Shown here: positions 37,415-46,651 of the stretch, piece after piece
Position numbering within the stretch: position 1 is the stretch's first letter
How the letters are laid out: each line of letters starts with the position of its first letter
The notes under the pieces: generated by a model
The model's database searches: none
Seen by the model: the letters and a program-made list of their open reading frames with translations, nothing else
Told to the model about the DNA's origin: nothing
From: a virus
IMG/VR virus record: IMGVR_UViG_2928929829_000001
Coordinates: 16 to 64,015 of that record
Reading direction: 5' to 3' (one strand)
DNA: 64,000 nt
Program-made: the position numbers and the translations under genes

Positions 37415-39808
37415 TTATTGACCCAAAAATTCATCAAAATCAAAGTTGTCTTTGAAATCAATAGCTGGTTTTTTATTATGTCTTTGATCAATCATTTCTG
37501 ATTGTTGTGTTGCTTGCAATTTGGTTCGATCGTCCTTTCGGTTTTCTTTAAAGCCTTCTAGGTTCTCCTTCCCTAAAGAGGTTAACTGAGTTAAATATAC
37601 TTCTTGCTGAAACTCTTTATCTTTTGTAGGCGCCATTATTTCCTGAAGACCTTGTTGTTCCGTTAATTTAATTTTAGAAAGCCCACTTTGAAATTGTAAA
37701 TCAATCTGTTTTTTGAACTGATAGGCATTTGTTTTAGCTTCTTCAGCAGCTTGAGCAGATAGCGCATCATTTTTGGATTTATCTCTAGCTGCTGCCATTT
37801 GTTCTTCCATTCGTTGAGTGCGTTCTTTCCTACGGTGGTAATAAAGGTATTTCCGAGCCAATTTTGGATTGGTTTTAAAGATATTTGTGGCTTCTGATTT
37901 GATTTCTGGGCTTACGAAGCCTTCCTGTAATGCGATACCTAAATCTTCTTTAAACTCTTGTATTTCAAGAGAAGTAGGCATCATATTGAATGTAAATCCG
38001 AATTCATGTAAATGGCGATTTTTCAAAATAGAAAGATGGTCCATCATGTGTTTACCAATCACATTATTGTAAATTTCACGGATTTTACTTGCTTCAGAAT
38101 AATTATAAATAGCTTGGATACGCGTAGAAATAAGTTCACATACTTTTAGGTTAAAAAGCACATTCATTCTAACAATATTCTTTGTTACAGTATTACTGGC
38201 CATCTGAGCCAATTGGTTCACACCTACTAAAGCATCTGAAGGCATTGATCCATCACGTGCGGGATTAATGCCTGTGTTTTCTCTAATTAAATTGTAGTCG
38301 TGTGCCCAGGAGTTAAGTAGAATTGATATTGCAGAACCTTGTTGCGCAGCCATTGGTCGGATCGCGTGTGAATCTTTAAGTCCACTGTCGCCCATGTCAA
38401 TACGCTTTCTAAAAACTACCCCTTTGGCGCCCATAATATCTAAAGCCGTTTGCCAAATAGCCCTTTTAGTTCCGCCTTTACCATCATCCAGTTCAGCCAA
38501 CATATCCAAATCAATCTCTTTTAAGTCGGGAGTCAATTCAGAAATTAAATGTTGAATTTTCAGAGCTGTCAATTGCATTCTATCCGCAATTACTTCAATG
38601 TTATCTGTAAAAGATCTAAGTTTATTTTCGTAAATATCATAAGCATATGCTACAAATGGTGACATTGCTTTATTCATTACATCATCATACAAATTTTCGC
38701 ATTCTTTCCATCCAAATATATATTCTGAACCAATTATGTAATTACCCTCAATCCAAGTATCGAACGTATTAGACAATTCGCTAACATCGTCTTGTTCCGG
38801 GGCAATAAAAGTATCAGGACGTTTACTTAATTTTATTGGTTGTCCATTGCGTAATTTCTTTTTGTATTTAATTGTTTTGACCGTTTTATAAGCAAACCTT
38901 AAAACATCAACTTTTGAACCCAAAGCTTGGTCGGTTAAGCTAATACTGTCATTACTATCTTTATAAGCTTGATTGTATAGACCAGCAATTTTTGATAGCG
39001 TTAAGTCATCAAATCCGCTTTCTCTTTTTAAGTCCGAAATAGTAATAGAATCTACAACACCTTCATAAAACTTATCATCAAAATCGTTTCTCTTTACTTC
39101 CGAGTGTATATAATTTTCTGGATCGACATAATCAACTTTTACACCGTCGTTTTTATCAGTCCAAACTCGTGCAACTATTAAACCAACATCAACAGAATCT
39201 TTATTTTTTTGATCCTCGATAAAGCTCCAGTTATTGGAGTGCTTGATCCAATTGATCAAAATCTCTTCAGCAATTTCTATTTTAGGACGGTCTTTAATAT
39301 CCATCAACATCTCCATTTCTTCCTCATTGTCCGGCACAAATGATTTAGGCATTAAATCGATTCCTAAGTCTTTTTGTACGGATTCCAGAAGCTTACGGGA
39401 TGCCATATATTTTCTATACTCATTCTGCTTACTTTCCTTCATATTAATGGATATTTTATCCATTGCTCGAATATCCAGAATATAATTTTCATCCGAAATA
39501 CCATTGGAAACTATACGACAGAATTTCTCTCCAAGGTTGATATAACGGAAATCCAAATTCAAATAACTTAAATCATTATCCGACTTCGCAATCTGGCTTT
39601 TAAACTTTGTCAAATCAACTTCTCCTCGGACGAATTTTCGCTTCGTTTTTACATATTCTCGTCTTGTCATAAATTGACAACCTTGAGCAATGCGAGCACC
39701 GCTAAACCATTCAGTTGATATTAACTTGGCTACATTTAAACCGTATTCGTCAGTCAATTTGACTTCAAAAGGTGCTAGTGGGTCTATTTCTTTATAAATC
39801 TTACTCAT
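37415..39808 (-). CDS. Portal protein (crAss-type size)
   Basis: 797 aa directly after TerL; C-terminal Q-rich barrel helix. Confidence 0.8.
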   Translation of the reverse strand: MSKIYKEIDPLAPFEVKLTDEYGLNVAKLISTEWFSGARIAQGCQFMTRREYVKTKRKFVRGEVDLTKFKSQIAKSDNDLSYLNLDFRYINLGEKFCRIVSNGISDENYILDIRAMDKISINMKESKQNEYRKYMASRKLLESVQKDLGIDLMPKSFVPDNEEEMEMLMDIKDRPKIEIAEEILINWIKHSNNWSFIEDQKNKDSVDVGLIVARVWTDKNDGVKVDYVDPENYIHSEVKRNDFDDKFYEGVVDSITISDLKRESGFDDLTLSKIAGLYNQAYKDSNDSISLTDQALGSKVDVLRFAYKTVKTIKYKKKLRNGQPIKLSKRPDTFIAPEQDDVSELSNTFDTWIEGNYIIGSEYIFGWKECENLYDDVMNKAMSPFVAYAYDIYENKLRSFTDNIEVIADRMQLTALKIQHLISELTPDLKEIDLDMLAELDDGKGGTKRAIWQTALDIMGAKGVVFRKRIDMGDSGLKDSHAIRPMAAQQGSAISILLNSWAHDYNLIRENTGINPARDGSMPSDALVGVNQLAQMASNTVTKNIVRMNVLFNLKVCELISTRIQAIYNYSEASKIREIYNNVIGKHMMDHLSILKNRHLHEFGFTFNMMPTSLEIQEFKEDLGIALQEGFVSPEIKSEATNIFKTNPKLARKYLYYHRRKERTQRMEEQMAAARDKSKNDALSAQAAEEAKTNAYQFKKQIDLQFQSGLSKIKLTEQQGLQEIMAPTKDKEFQQEVYLTQLTSLGKENLEGFKENRKDDRTKLQATQQSEMIDQRHNKKPAIDFKDNFDFDEFLGQ

Positions 39809-39810
39809 AA

Positions 39811-42036
39811 TTATATTGCTTTGGAAATTGCTCCTGAGTTATCGTATCTTTTAAATGGTATAGTGATTGGCTTCGCTTCTTCAACTTCTATTTTGATTCT
39901 CCTTTGATTACCTAATAAGGCCAAGGAAGAACTGATATAAGCATCGTATTTGGTTCGTTTTGTTGGGTCGACATCTTTCCATTGGATTAATGTTCTGGTA
40001 AAAGGCATATATCCCATTTCTCCAATTGCTCTTCTTGACTCGTCCCTTGCGACACCAATATGGTCTTGGATATATGCTTCTACTGCATAAAATTGATATT
40101 CCCCAATCTTAGCGTCTTGTGGAGGAACTCCCCCATATTCTTGTTCTGTATCGCTTAAATCTTTCCAAAGCTTGAAAGGGTTGTTTAAAACAAAATGACG
40201 ATATCCGCGGTCTTTTACATATTGCAAAAACTTTTCATTTGAAAGCTCCGGCAAGAATGGCATTGAAAAATAAACGGCTGCCATTATCACGTCTTCAAAA
40301 AATAGTTCTACTTTTTTAGGCCGATCGATGTATTCCAAAATGAAAGCATCGTTAGGAAACGGCCCAATATGAAAGCGAGTAGCTAAATGAATTGAACCCA
40401 TCGAACCTCGATTGTCAACCGTTTTGCTTCGATTGTAAGGATCGACACCAAGACATCCCATATTCCCATTAACCGGAGCCCAAGCTAATACGCCGTGAAT
40501 CCTTTTCTTTTCACGCTTGTTCCGATATTCTGCCGGTGGATGATAATCTTTCGCTATCCAAAATCGCCCATTAACGGGGTCAGGCATCCATAAAACCTCA
40601 GTATCTTGTATACCATCTTTCCAATAGAAATTACCTCGTTCTACTTCGTTATTACCTCTTTCGTTATTTTCAAGTTCCTCATCATTGTGCTCAATTTGTT
40701 CCGATAAATGAACAATATTAAAAGCACAATCGTTAGCTTCATCGCGAAAAGCATCGCGTTCTGTTTCAGGAAACTGACGTAAAAATTCATATTGTTTCTC
40801 AGGATCTTCTTTTAAAGCTTCAAGCTCGTTTTTTAAGAACGTTCCAGAACCGATTGAGACAAGTTTACCTAAATCGTTTATTATTGGCGTTTCGGGATCT
40901 GCGACAATACTAAATCCATATTCATCGAAAAACCCTTCCAAACAATATTTAGCAGCAATAAATATTCTATATAACCCTGATTTAGTTTGACCGTTTTTAT
41001 TTCGTTTTGAAACATCGCTATCATCCCAAATTTTCTTAAACTCAGCCCCCCCTTTTTTCATAGGGTTAACCGTAGATACAACCATTGATTTACCTACAAT
41101 ATTACTACCAATACGATGTGAGGTTTTAACGATGTACCAATATGTAGAGAATGGAACATCCGGAGGGTATTTACCGCTTTCATCAAGTAGAGAACGAAAT
41201 ATTTTCTCTCCATCCATAGCATTCATTTCTGTATTATGCCATGAAATATTTGTGTCTAGTCCCTGTCCTTCTGAAACGGCTTCTCCTTGTTTACGCTTTT
41301 TGGTTTGTTCGGTAAATACTAATTCTGTTTTTGGTGTTGTGGTACCATCTGTTTCGGGTTTAAAAAACGGAGGATATCTTTTAAAAGCACGTACTAAACG
41401 ATTGAATATTTTCTTAGCATCCGCACCTTTCTTGGAAATCATACCAAGTATCTTATTCTCGTGGATAGATCCACTTTCCAAAATTTCGTTATTACCTAAG
41501 GCAGATGCTCCAAAACGTCTATTTTTCACGTAGTCCATTCCGTAGCTACGTTCATCAGCTTTACAAGCTTCCCAGAAAATCATCAATTCATTTTGGATAA
41601 CCCTAAGACTTGGATACTCTGCTTCTTCACGATACCACTGTATAAAGTGCCAATATGTACCTGTTAAATAAACCGCTTTACCATTTAGAAATATCCAACA
41701 ACCTTCATCACGCATTTTAAATTGGCGTTCTACGTACTTGGAATATTTTACATTATCCCAATTGCTGTCGTTTAATCCTTCAGGAATTAATTCTCGTTCC
41801 CATTTTTGATTTTTTGCAGTCTTGTCATGATTGATAATCTCCTTTTTATCCGGCTGTTGTGGTAAGCCTATATTGATTCCAGAAATACAATATACTTCAC
41901 CGAGTGTCCCATCTTTAGAGATAATCACAGTATCTAAAACCTCATTATAGCCGTAATCCCAAGACTTATTTTTATTCTTGAGTAAACGAACTTTTTCGTC
42001 AATTACTGAAACCTTATCTCCTAGATAATAAATCAT
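39811..42036 (-). CDS. terL: Terminase large subunit
   Basis: Walker A 'KNRRFGAS', Walker B 'LLDESGK', RNase H-like 'GVDPY' nuclease motif. Confidence 0.92.
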   Translation of the reverse strand: MIYYLGDKVSVIDEKVRLLKNKNKSWDYGYNEVLDTVIISKDGTLGEVYCISGINIGLPQQPDKKEIINHDKTAKNQKWERELIPEGLNDSNWDNVKYSKYVERQFKMRDEGCWIFLNGKAVYLTGTYWHFIQWYREEAEYPSLRVIQNELMIFWEACKADERSYGMDYVKNRRFGASALGNNEILESGSIHENKILGMISKKGADAKKIFNRLVRAFKRYPPFFKPETDGTTTPKTELVFTEQTKKRKQGEAVSEGQGLDTNISWHNTEMNAMDGEKIFRSLLDESGKYPPDVPFSTYWYIVKTSHRIGSNIVGKSMVVSTVNPMKKGGAEFKKIWDDSDVSKRNKNGQTKSGLYRIFIAAKYCLEGFFDEYGFSIVADPETPIINDLGKLVSIGSGTFLKNELEALKEDPEKQYEFLRQFPETERDAFRDEANDCAFNIVHLSEQIEHNDEELENNERGNNEVERGNFYWKDGIQDTEVLWMPDPVNGRFWIAKDYHPPAEYRNKREKKRIHGVLAWAPVNGNMGCLGVDPYNRSKTVDNRGSMGSIHLATRFHIGPFPNDAFILEYIDRPKKVELFFEDVIMAAVYFSMPFLPELSNEKFLQYVKDRGYRHFVLNNPFKLWKDLSDTEQEYGGVPPQDAKIGEYQFYAVEAYIQDHIGVARDESRRAIGEMGYMPFTRTLIQWKDVDPTKRTKYDAYISSSLALLGNQRRIKIEVEEAKPITIPFKRYDNSGAISKAI

Positions 42037-42396
42037 TTATTTTTTTCTAAATTTCTTTGTCGGATCCTGATTTGTATTTGCTTGTAATTCCTCAACAATT
42101 TCTTTATCCCAAAAAGTAGGGTCATACAATTCACGTTGCAATTCATTGATTTTAATCAGGATACTATTTGCTGTATTTAAAGCTGTATCTCTAACACCAA
42201 TAAAAGCGTAAAGCTGTTGCTCTGCTGTAGAAATAGTTTCATCTGTGTCTTTATCTAAAATATTAGAAAACACGGGTAGAGGCGCTCCTGCTGCTTTAAA
42301 AATATCATCAACTAGCTTTTGATACTTTTTAATTAAATCAGGAATCGTAGCTTTTCTAATCTCTTGTAATTGATTATTTGTTTCCATCTTCTTCAT
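42037..42396 (-). CDS. terS: Terminase small subunit (probable)
   Basis: 119-aa helical protein immediately upstream of TerL. Confidence 0.55.
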   Translation of the reverse strand: MKKMETNNQLQEIRKATIPDLIKKYQKLVDDIFKAAGAPLPVFSNILDKDTDETISTAEQQLYAFIGVRDTALNTANSILIKINELQRELYDPTFWDKEIVEELQANTNQDPTKKFRKK

Positions 42397-42985
42397 ATTT
42401 TGCTAGAACATCACAGTTTCTAATCCATAAATATTCATCTCCATCGATCCAAAAAGAAACCACCCATTTTCTCTCTATAAAAACCTTGTCACCTTTCTTA
42501 ACTCCGGAATCTTGTAAGTCTTGATTTACACTAAACACCTTTGCAAGACCATTGATGTTTTTTGGTTCTCTCTTGATCTCAGTAATTATTAATCCTGATT
42601 TCTCTTCTTTAGCATCTTCCATCACGAGCTCAACAGCCAAATTTTCTCCGAAACCAATCCATTCTGAAACATCATCTTTACGGATCATTACGATCATGCT
42701 TTTTTGTACCTTGAAATAGCCTGGGTATCCTTTTATTTCTTGGTTATCTCCTTTTCCGTGATCATATATCTGCGTGAAGTAAATAGTAGGATCAATTAAA
42801 GCTTGATATCCTATGATATTACTACCTTCATAACCTAGCGGAAGTCGTTTAATGATAACTATTGTGTTTGCTAAACGTTTTTGAAGAAATCGCTCATCAC
42901 CATAAAGCTCTACCTTTCCCTTTGTTTTAAAGGTTTTGTTAAATATTTGGGGTTGAAATACGATAAAATCGTGAACTGCTCTCAT
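42374..42985 (-). CDS. Tandem GroES-like protein
   Basis: C-terminal half 'KSGLIITE...GVKKGDKVF...IDGDEYLWIRNCDVLA' matches the GroES barrel; N-terminal half looks like a diverged copy; start re-assigned to 42985. Confidence 0.6.
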   Translation of the reverse strand: MRAVHDFIVFQPQIFNKTFKTKGKVELYGDERFLQKRLANTIVIIKRLPLGYEGSNIIGYQALIDPTIYFTQIYDHGKGDNQEIKGYPGYFKVQKSMIVMIRKDDVSEWIGFGENLAVELVMEDAKEEKSGLIITEIKREPKNINGLAKVFSVNQDLQDSGVKKGDKVFIERKWVVSFWIDGDEYLWIRNCDVLAKYEEDGNK

Positions 42986-43003
42986 ACTGTTTCTATTTAA
43001 GTT

Positions 43004-43045
43004 CAAAGATAAACAAAAACATATCAATTAATATATCGGATATAT
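43004..43045 (-). promoter_or_regulatory. Late-type promoter with tripartite operator, site 4
   Basis: CAAAGATA at 43004-43011; ACATATC-AATTA-ATATATC-G-GATATAT at 43019-43045. Confidence 0.75.
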
Positions 43046-43103
43046 ATTTTAGATATATTTGTAAACTCAAAAGCACATAAACCCTAAAATCAATTTTCCA
43101 ACT

Positions 43104-43129
43104 CCAGTAGCTACAACTACTGGTTTTTT
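43104..43129 (+). terminator. Plus-strand intrinsic terminator
   Basis: CCAGTAG-CTACAA-CTACTGG followed by T6. Confidence 0.65.
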
Positions 43130-43132
43130 AAT

Positions 43133-43609
43133 TTAGATTAAACCTTTCAATCTACTCCAATATCTATAAATCAAATACGCTAGAGCTAGCAAAAGTAGTA
43201 GTGGCCAGAACTGAAAAATCATTTTAAAGTAATTGACCTGTACCTTTTCAACTACTTTAGTTTTATAAGATTTAAAGAACTCCCTCTGTAAATCCAGAGT
43301 TTCCGATTTTACATTAGAAAACACATATTGCTTATTCTCCTTTTTCTCTTGAGACAATTCTTCTTTTATACTACGTGGATTGTAATACTTAGTACCTTCC
43401 TTAGTAACGACAATAGAGTCAGCTTGAAAATTATGTGATAAATATGACATATTTTCAATTATGTCATTATTAGCATATATTTTTACTTCTTCTATCTTTG
43501 ACAGAACTTCTTTTTCTTTGATCATGGAAACCGTGTCTTCCTTTTGAACTTTACGAGAGCCACACGAAAACAAAACCAACATTAGGATTGTAATTATTAT
43601 TTTCTTCAT
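43133..43609 (-). CDS. Unimolecular spanin-like lipoprotein
   Basis: Lipobox 'VLFSC' at the N-terminus and C-terminal TM 'FWPLLLLLALAYLIY', after the endolysin. Confidence 0.7.
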   Translation of the reverse strand: MKKIIITILMLVLFSCGSRKVQKEDTVSMIKEKEVLSKIEEVKIYANNDIIENMSYLSHNFQADSIVVTKEGTKYYNPRSIKEELSQEKKENKQYVFSNVKSETLDLQREFFKSYKTKVVEKVQVNYFKMIFQFWPLLLLLALAYLIYRYWSRLKGLI

Positions 43610-43610
43610 C

Positions 43611-44153
43611 CTACTTGTTTTTATCATATTTGATTAGCAAATTTCCAACAATCTCAACTAAGCAATCCTCATTGCTGAAAAATGCTTTTAAATCAGTCAT
43701 ATTAGTAATGAAACAAAACTCAATGAGAACTGCTGTACCTGCTTTATTTAAAACACCTATTTTACCTCTAGCAGATTGAGATTCTGTCTTTACACCGCGA
43801 TTAGTAATACCCATCGACTTTGAAAGTTGATCTACTAATTCTTTTGCTAAAGTTTTTGATTCCATCCCTGCTGTATTTGAAATAAAAACTTCACAACCAG
43901 TTGCAGTCGGTCCACCAGCATTCAGGTGCATATCGATAATCACATCACCTTTTATTGGTTTAATTCTAGATTGATACTGGGTATTGGTTTCGCTATTTTC
44001 ATCTGTAATGTACTTATGTCCTTTTTTAGACAAATACAATATCAGTTTATTTCGAAATCTATTCATTATGTCGAATTCTGTATAGCCATTTGCTACTGCT
44101 CCAGGATCTGATAAGTGATGTCCTGCGCTTGGAAAACTCATTTCTTGTGCCAT
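43611..44153 (-). CDS. Endolysin, N-acetylmuramoyl-L-alanine amidase (Amidase_3)
   Basis: 'SAGHH..DPGA...E', 'DMHLNA', 'VLIEFCFITN' zinc/catalytic motifs. Confidence 0.92.
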   Translation of the reverse strand: MAQEMSFPSAGHHLSDPGAVANGYTEFDIMNRFRNKLILYLSKKGHKYITDENSETNTQYQSRIKPIKGDVIIDMHLNAGGPTATGCEVFISNTAGMESKTLAKELVDQLSKSMGITNRGVKTESQSARGKIGVLNKAGTAVLIEFCFITNMTDLKAFFSNEDCLVEIVGNLLIKYDKNK

Positions 44154-44662
44154 TACTCTTCTTTATTTTTGAAATGTTTTAAATCTAAATCTTTATTAAA
44201 ATCATCCATTTTGCCAATTAAAGCATCCGGAGGAAATTTGCCTTTTGAAATAATTTTCACATTCATTAAGGCAGATCGTAATGGATAAATACACACTATT
44301 AATCTTCCTACCATTTTTAGGTAGGTATAAAGCATATCACCATCTTTAACTAAGTGAGCCAGTGCTTCAAATAAAATTCCGACACCCACAACTAGGCCTA
44401 ATTTCATCGCAAAACCAACGATATTGAGTTGCCAATTGAAATCCTTTTTTATAAAATAATGTACAATTGATCCAAAAACATGATCAGCAGCTATAAATAA
44501 TAATGCAATAAATACATAATCAATACTTTCATGTAGCCATGCATTTAAACTATTAGAAAGATTAAATGTTACTACACTTACTCCTCCCGAAATAACCAAG
44601 CTGAATCTAATCTGCATTAGATTGTCTATGATGTAGTTAAAAAGTAAGTTAATCTTGCTCAT
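44153..44662 (-). CDS. Holin
   Basis: Several TM segments, basic C-terminus, directly upstream of the endolysin. Confidence 0.8.
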   Translation of the reverse strand: MSKINLLFNYIIDNLMQIRFSLVISGGVSVVTFNLSNSLNAWLHESIDYVFIALLFIAADHVFGSIVHYFIKKDFNWQLNIVGFAMKLGLVVGVGILFEALAHLVKDGDMLYTYLKMVGRLIVCIYPLRSALMNVKIISKGKFPPDALIGKMDDFNKDLDLKHFKNKEE

Positions 44663-44982
44663 TACTCTCGATTTGTGTATTCTCCTGTTTGAGGATTAAT
44701 ATTTACATTCCCATATGTTTGTGATAAGTCATTGTTCAAAGCCATGCCTTCTTTTTGAACCTCAGCAGTAAAAGCTTCTAATTCTACTCGACGTTGTTTA
44801 ACATTTAATTCCATTTGAAAAAGTTCTACTGCACCTTTAGAAATTTGATCTTCTTTCTTAAACTGGATTTGCAGCTTCTCCATGTGCAATTCAGATATTT
44901 TACTTACTTTTTGGTCAACAGCCGTTACTGTTCCTTTGGTTTGATCTTGCATTATTCTTCTTTTTTTTGATTTAGCTTTCAT
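44662..44982 (-). CDS. Hypothetical coiled-coil protein
   Basis: 106 aa between the fibre genes and the holin. Confidence 0.6.
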   Translation of the reverse strand: MKAKSKKRRIMQDQTKGTVTAVDQKVSKISELHMEKLQIQFKKEDQISKGAVELFQMELNVKQRRVELEAFTAEVQKEGMALNNDLSQTYGNVNINPQTGEYTNRE

Positions 44983-44994
44983 AATATATTTGTG

Positions 44995-45843
44995 TTAAAA
45001 AGGGTTTAGTCGAAATGATCCCGTGTATGCATCTCCAAATCTTAATTCCAAACGAATTGCTGAATTATTCTCTGAAAAATCTACTTTTAAATATCCTGAT
45101 TGGATCAAACCTATAGGTATTTTTTGATGCTTTACAACTGGAGAGCCCAGAAATGTTATTCTTGAATCAGGATTGGACGACCATATTTCTAATTTATAAG
45201 GATTAGTGTTTCCTATGTCTAAAATATACTGGTTTAAGAAGTTATAACCTGCTGTATTAGCCTGCCACCCTTGTGTATTTGGGTCAGAATAGTAATTAAA
45301 ATTAGATGATATATCACTCATTAGAATACTAGATATTCTACCTTTCGGAAACTGTAAAATACTATTGGTTAAAAACTGAAGTATAAATGCGTCAGTAGCT
45401 GGTAGAATAATCAAGTTCATAATACTTTCAACACTTGGCTCAAAACTTAATCCATCCTCTGAAGAAATGTATTTAAAATAGCCATAAGTCATATCTGTAA
45501 AAGAACTGTATTTTGAATCTAACATAATATCTAAATAACCTCCAACGTCTATAATATCGCCCACTTGTATATCACTATTGCTACCGTATCTAAACCTCAA
45601 ATTAGCAGGGAGTACAATTTCAGTAATTAGTATTGAATGTAAATCGCTGTCAACGTTCGCCTTAAATTGTGGAAAAGTATCTGTAGTAAAGTCTAGCTTC
45701 TTGAATTGATATAAACCCAACCAGTTTGTCCAATGCGGATCATCAAATCTCGAAGTTATACTCGTGGTTACAATCGTGTTATTCCCCCAGCTAAGTGGGG
45801 TAATTGGCGGCGGTAAACTTGCTCTGAGTGTTATAGTTGCCAT
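44995..45843 (-). CDS. Tail-associated structural protein
   Basis: Beta-rich; N-terminus 'MATITLRASLPPP' resembles the upstream gene's 'MASGTLLASDIPFPP'. Confidence 0.5.
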   Translation of the reverse strand: MATITLRASLPPPITPLSWGNNTIVTTSITSRFDDPHWTNWLGLYQFKKLDFTTDTFPQFKANVDSDLHSILITEIVLPANLRFRYGSNSDIQVGDIIDVGGYLDIMLDSKYSSFTDMTYGYFKYISSEDGLSFEPSVESIMNLIILPATDAFILQFLTNSILQFPKGRISSILMSDISSNFNYYSDPNTQGWQANTAGYNFLNQYILDIGNTNPYKLEIWSSNPDSRITFLGSPVVKHQKIPIGLIQSGYLKVDFSENNSAIRLELRFGDAYTGSFRLNPF

Positions 45844-46646
45844 TATCCTACAAATATTCCTGATCCGGTATCTGATACCCTAAAATCAAAATTAATAGCC
45901 TGTCCATTCACAGCGGTACCGAAATCATCAAAGACTAGTTTTCCCATATCACAATCAATAGCACTGATTTTTTGACCAGCTACTACTGGCATTCCGTTAT
46001 AAAGTAAAGCACCAACTGAAGGTAAAGTTTCAATTTCAACATCTTTCATAGCATCACCCTCAGGGTCCTGATAAGGCGGGGTTGTGTTGGTTGAAAAATC
46101 ACTTGACCTTAATGTTTTCGGTACACCAATTTGAAACAAAATTGTGTTGTCACCTACAACTGATGGCGGTTGATTTATAGTTGTCGCAGAAATTACCTTA
46201 ATCCAGATTTTACCAACGTCACTCGCAAACAAACTTTCTTTATTATTGACGGAGTTAAAGCAAGTATAAATTACATTTACGAAATCAAAACCAATTGCGT
46301 TACCTCTTATTTGAAGTTTATTCGCATATAAATCATCTTTTGTCACTTCTTGTGCAATCCAAATTCCAGACAAGGTATCCACCCTAACAACAACTCCATT
46401 ATTCTCAATTTGAGCTACTATCGGTGTTCCTACACCACGAATGATATTATTTGGATGCATACCATATCCTACAATTTTCACAGAACCAATTGGCAACTGA
46501 TCTACCTGAAGATAAGGCGGGTTGGCTATTTCTAGTAGAGCAGGTGTTAAAATTAATGTCTGACCTACTTTTACAGTAAGATAACTTTCTCCTGATTGAG
46601 AAGGAGGAAATGGAATATCCGAAGCAAGTAATGTTCCTGATGCCAT
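45843..46646 (-). CDS. Tail-associated protein with cadherin/Ig-like domains
   Basis: 'YQDPEGDAMKDVEIETLPSVGALLYNG...FDFRVSDTG' cadherin-like pattern. Confidence 0.6.
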   Translation of the reverse strand: MASGTLLASDIPFPPSQSGESYLTVKVGQTLILTPALLEIANPPYLQVDQLPIGSVKIVGYGMHPNNIIRGVGTPIVAQIENNGVVVRVDTLSGIWIAQEVTKDDLYANKLQIRGNAIGFDFVNVIYTCFNSVNNKESLFASDVGKIWIKVISATTINQPPSVVGDNTILFQIGVPKTLRSSDFSTNTTPPYQDPEGDAMKDVEIETLPSVGALLYNGMPVVAGQKISAIDCDMGKLVFDDFGTAVNGQAINFDFRVSDTGSGIFVG

Positions 46647-46651
46647 AATTA

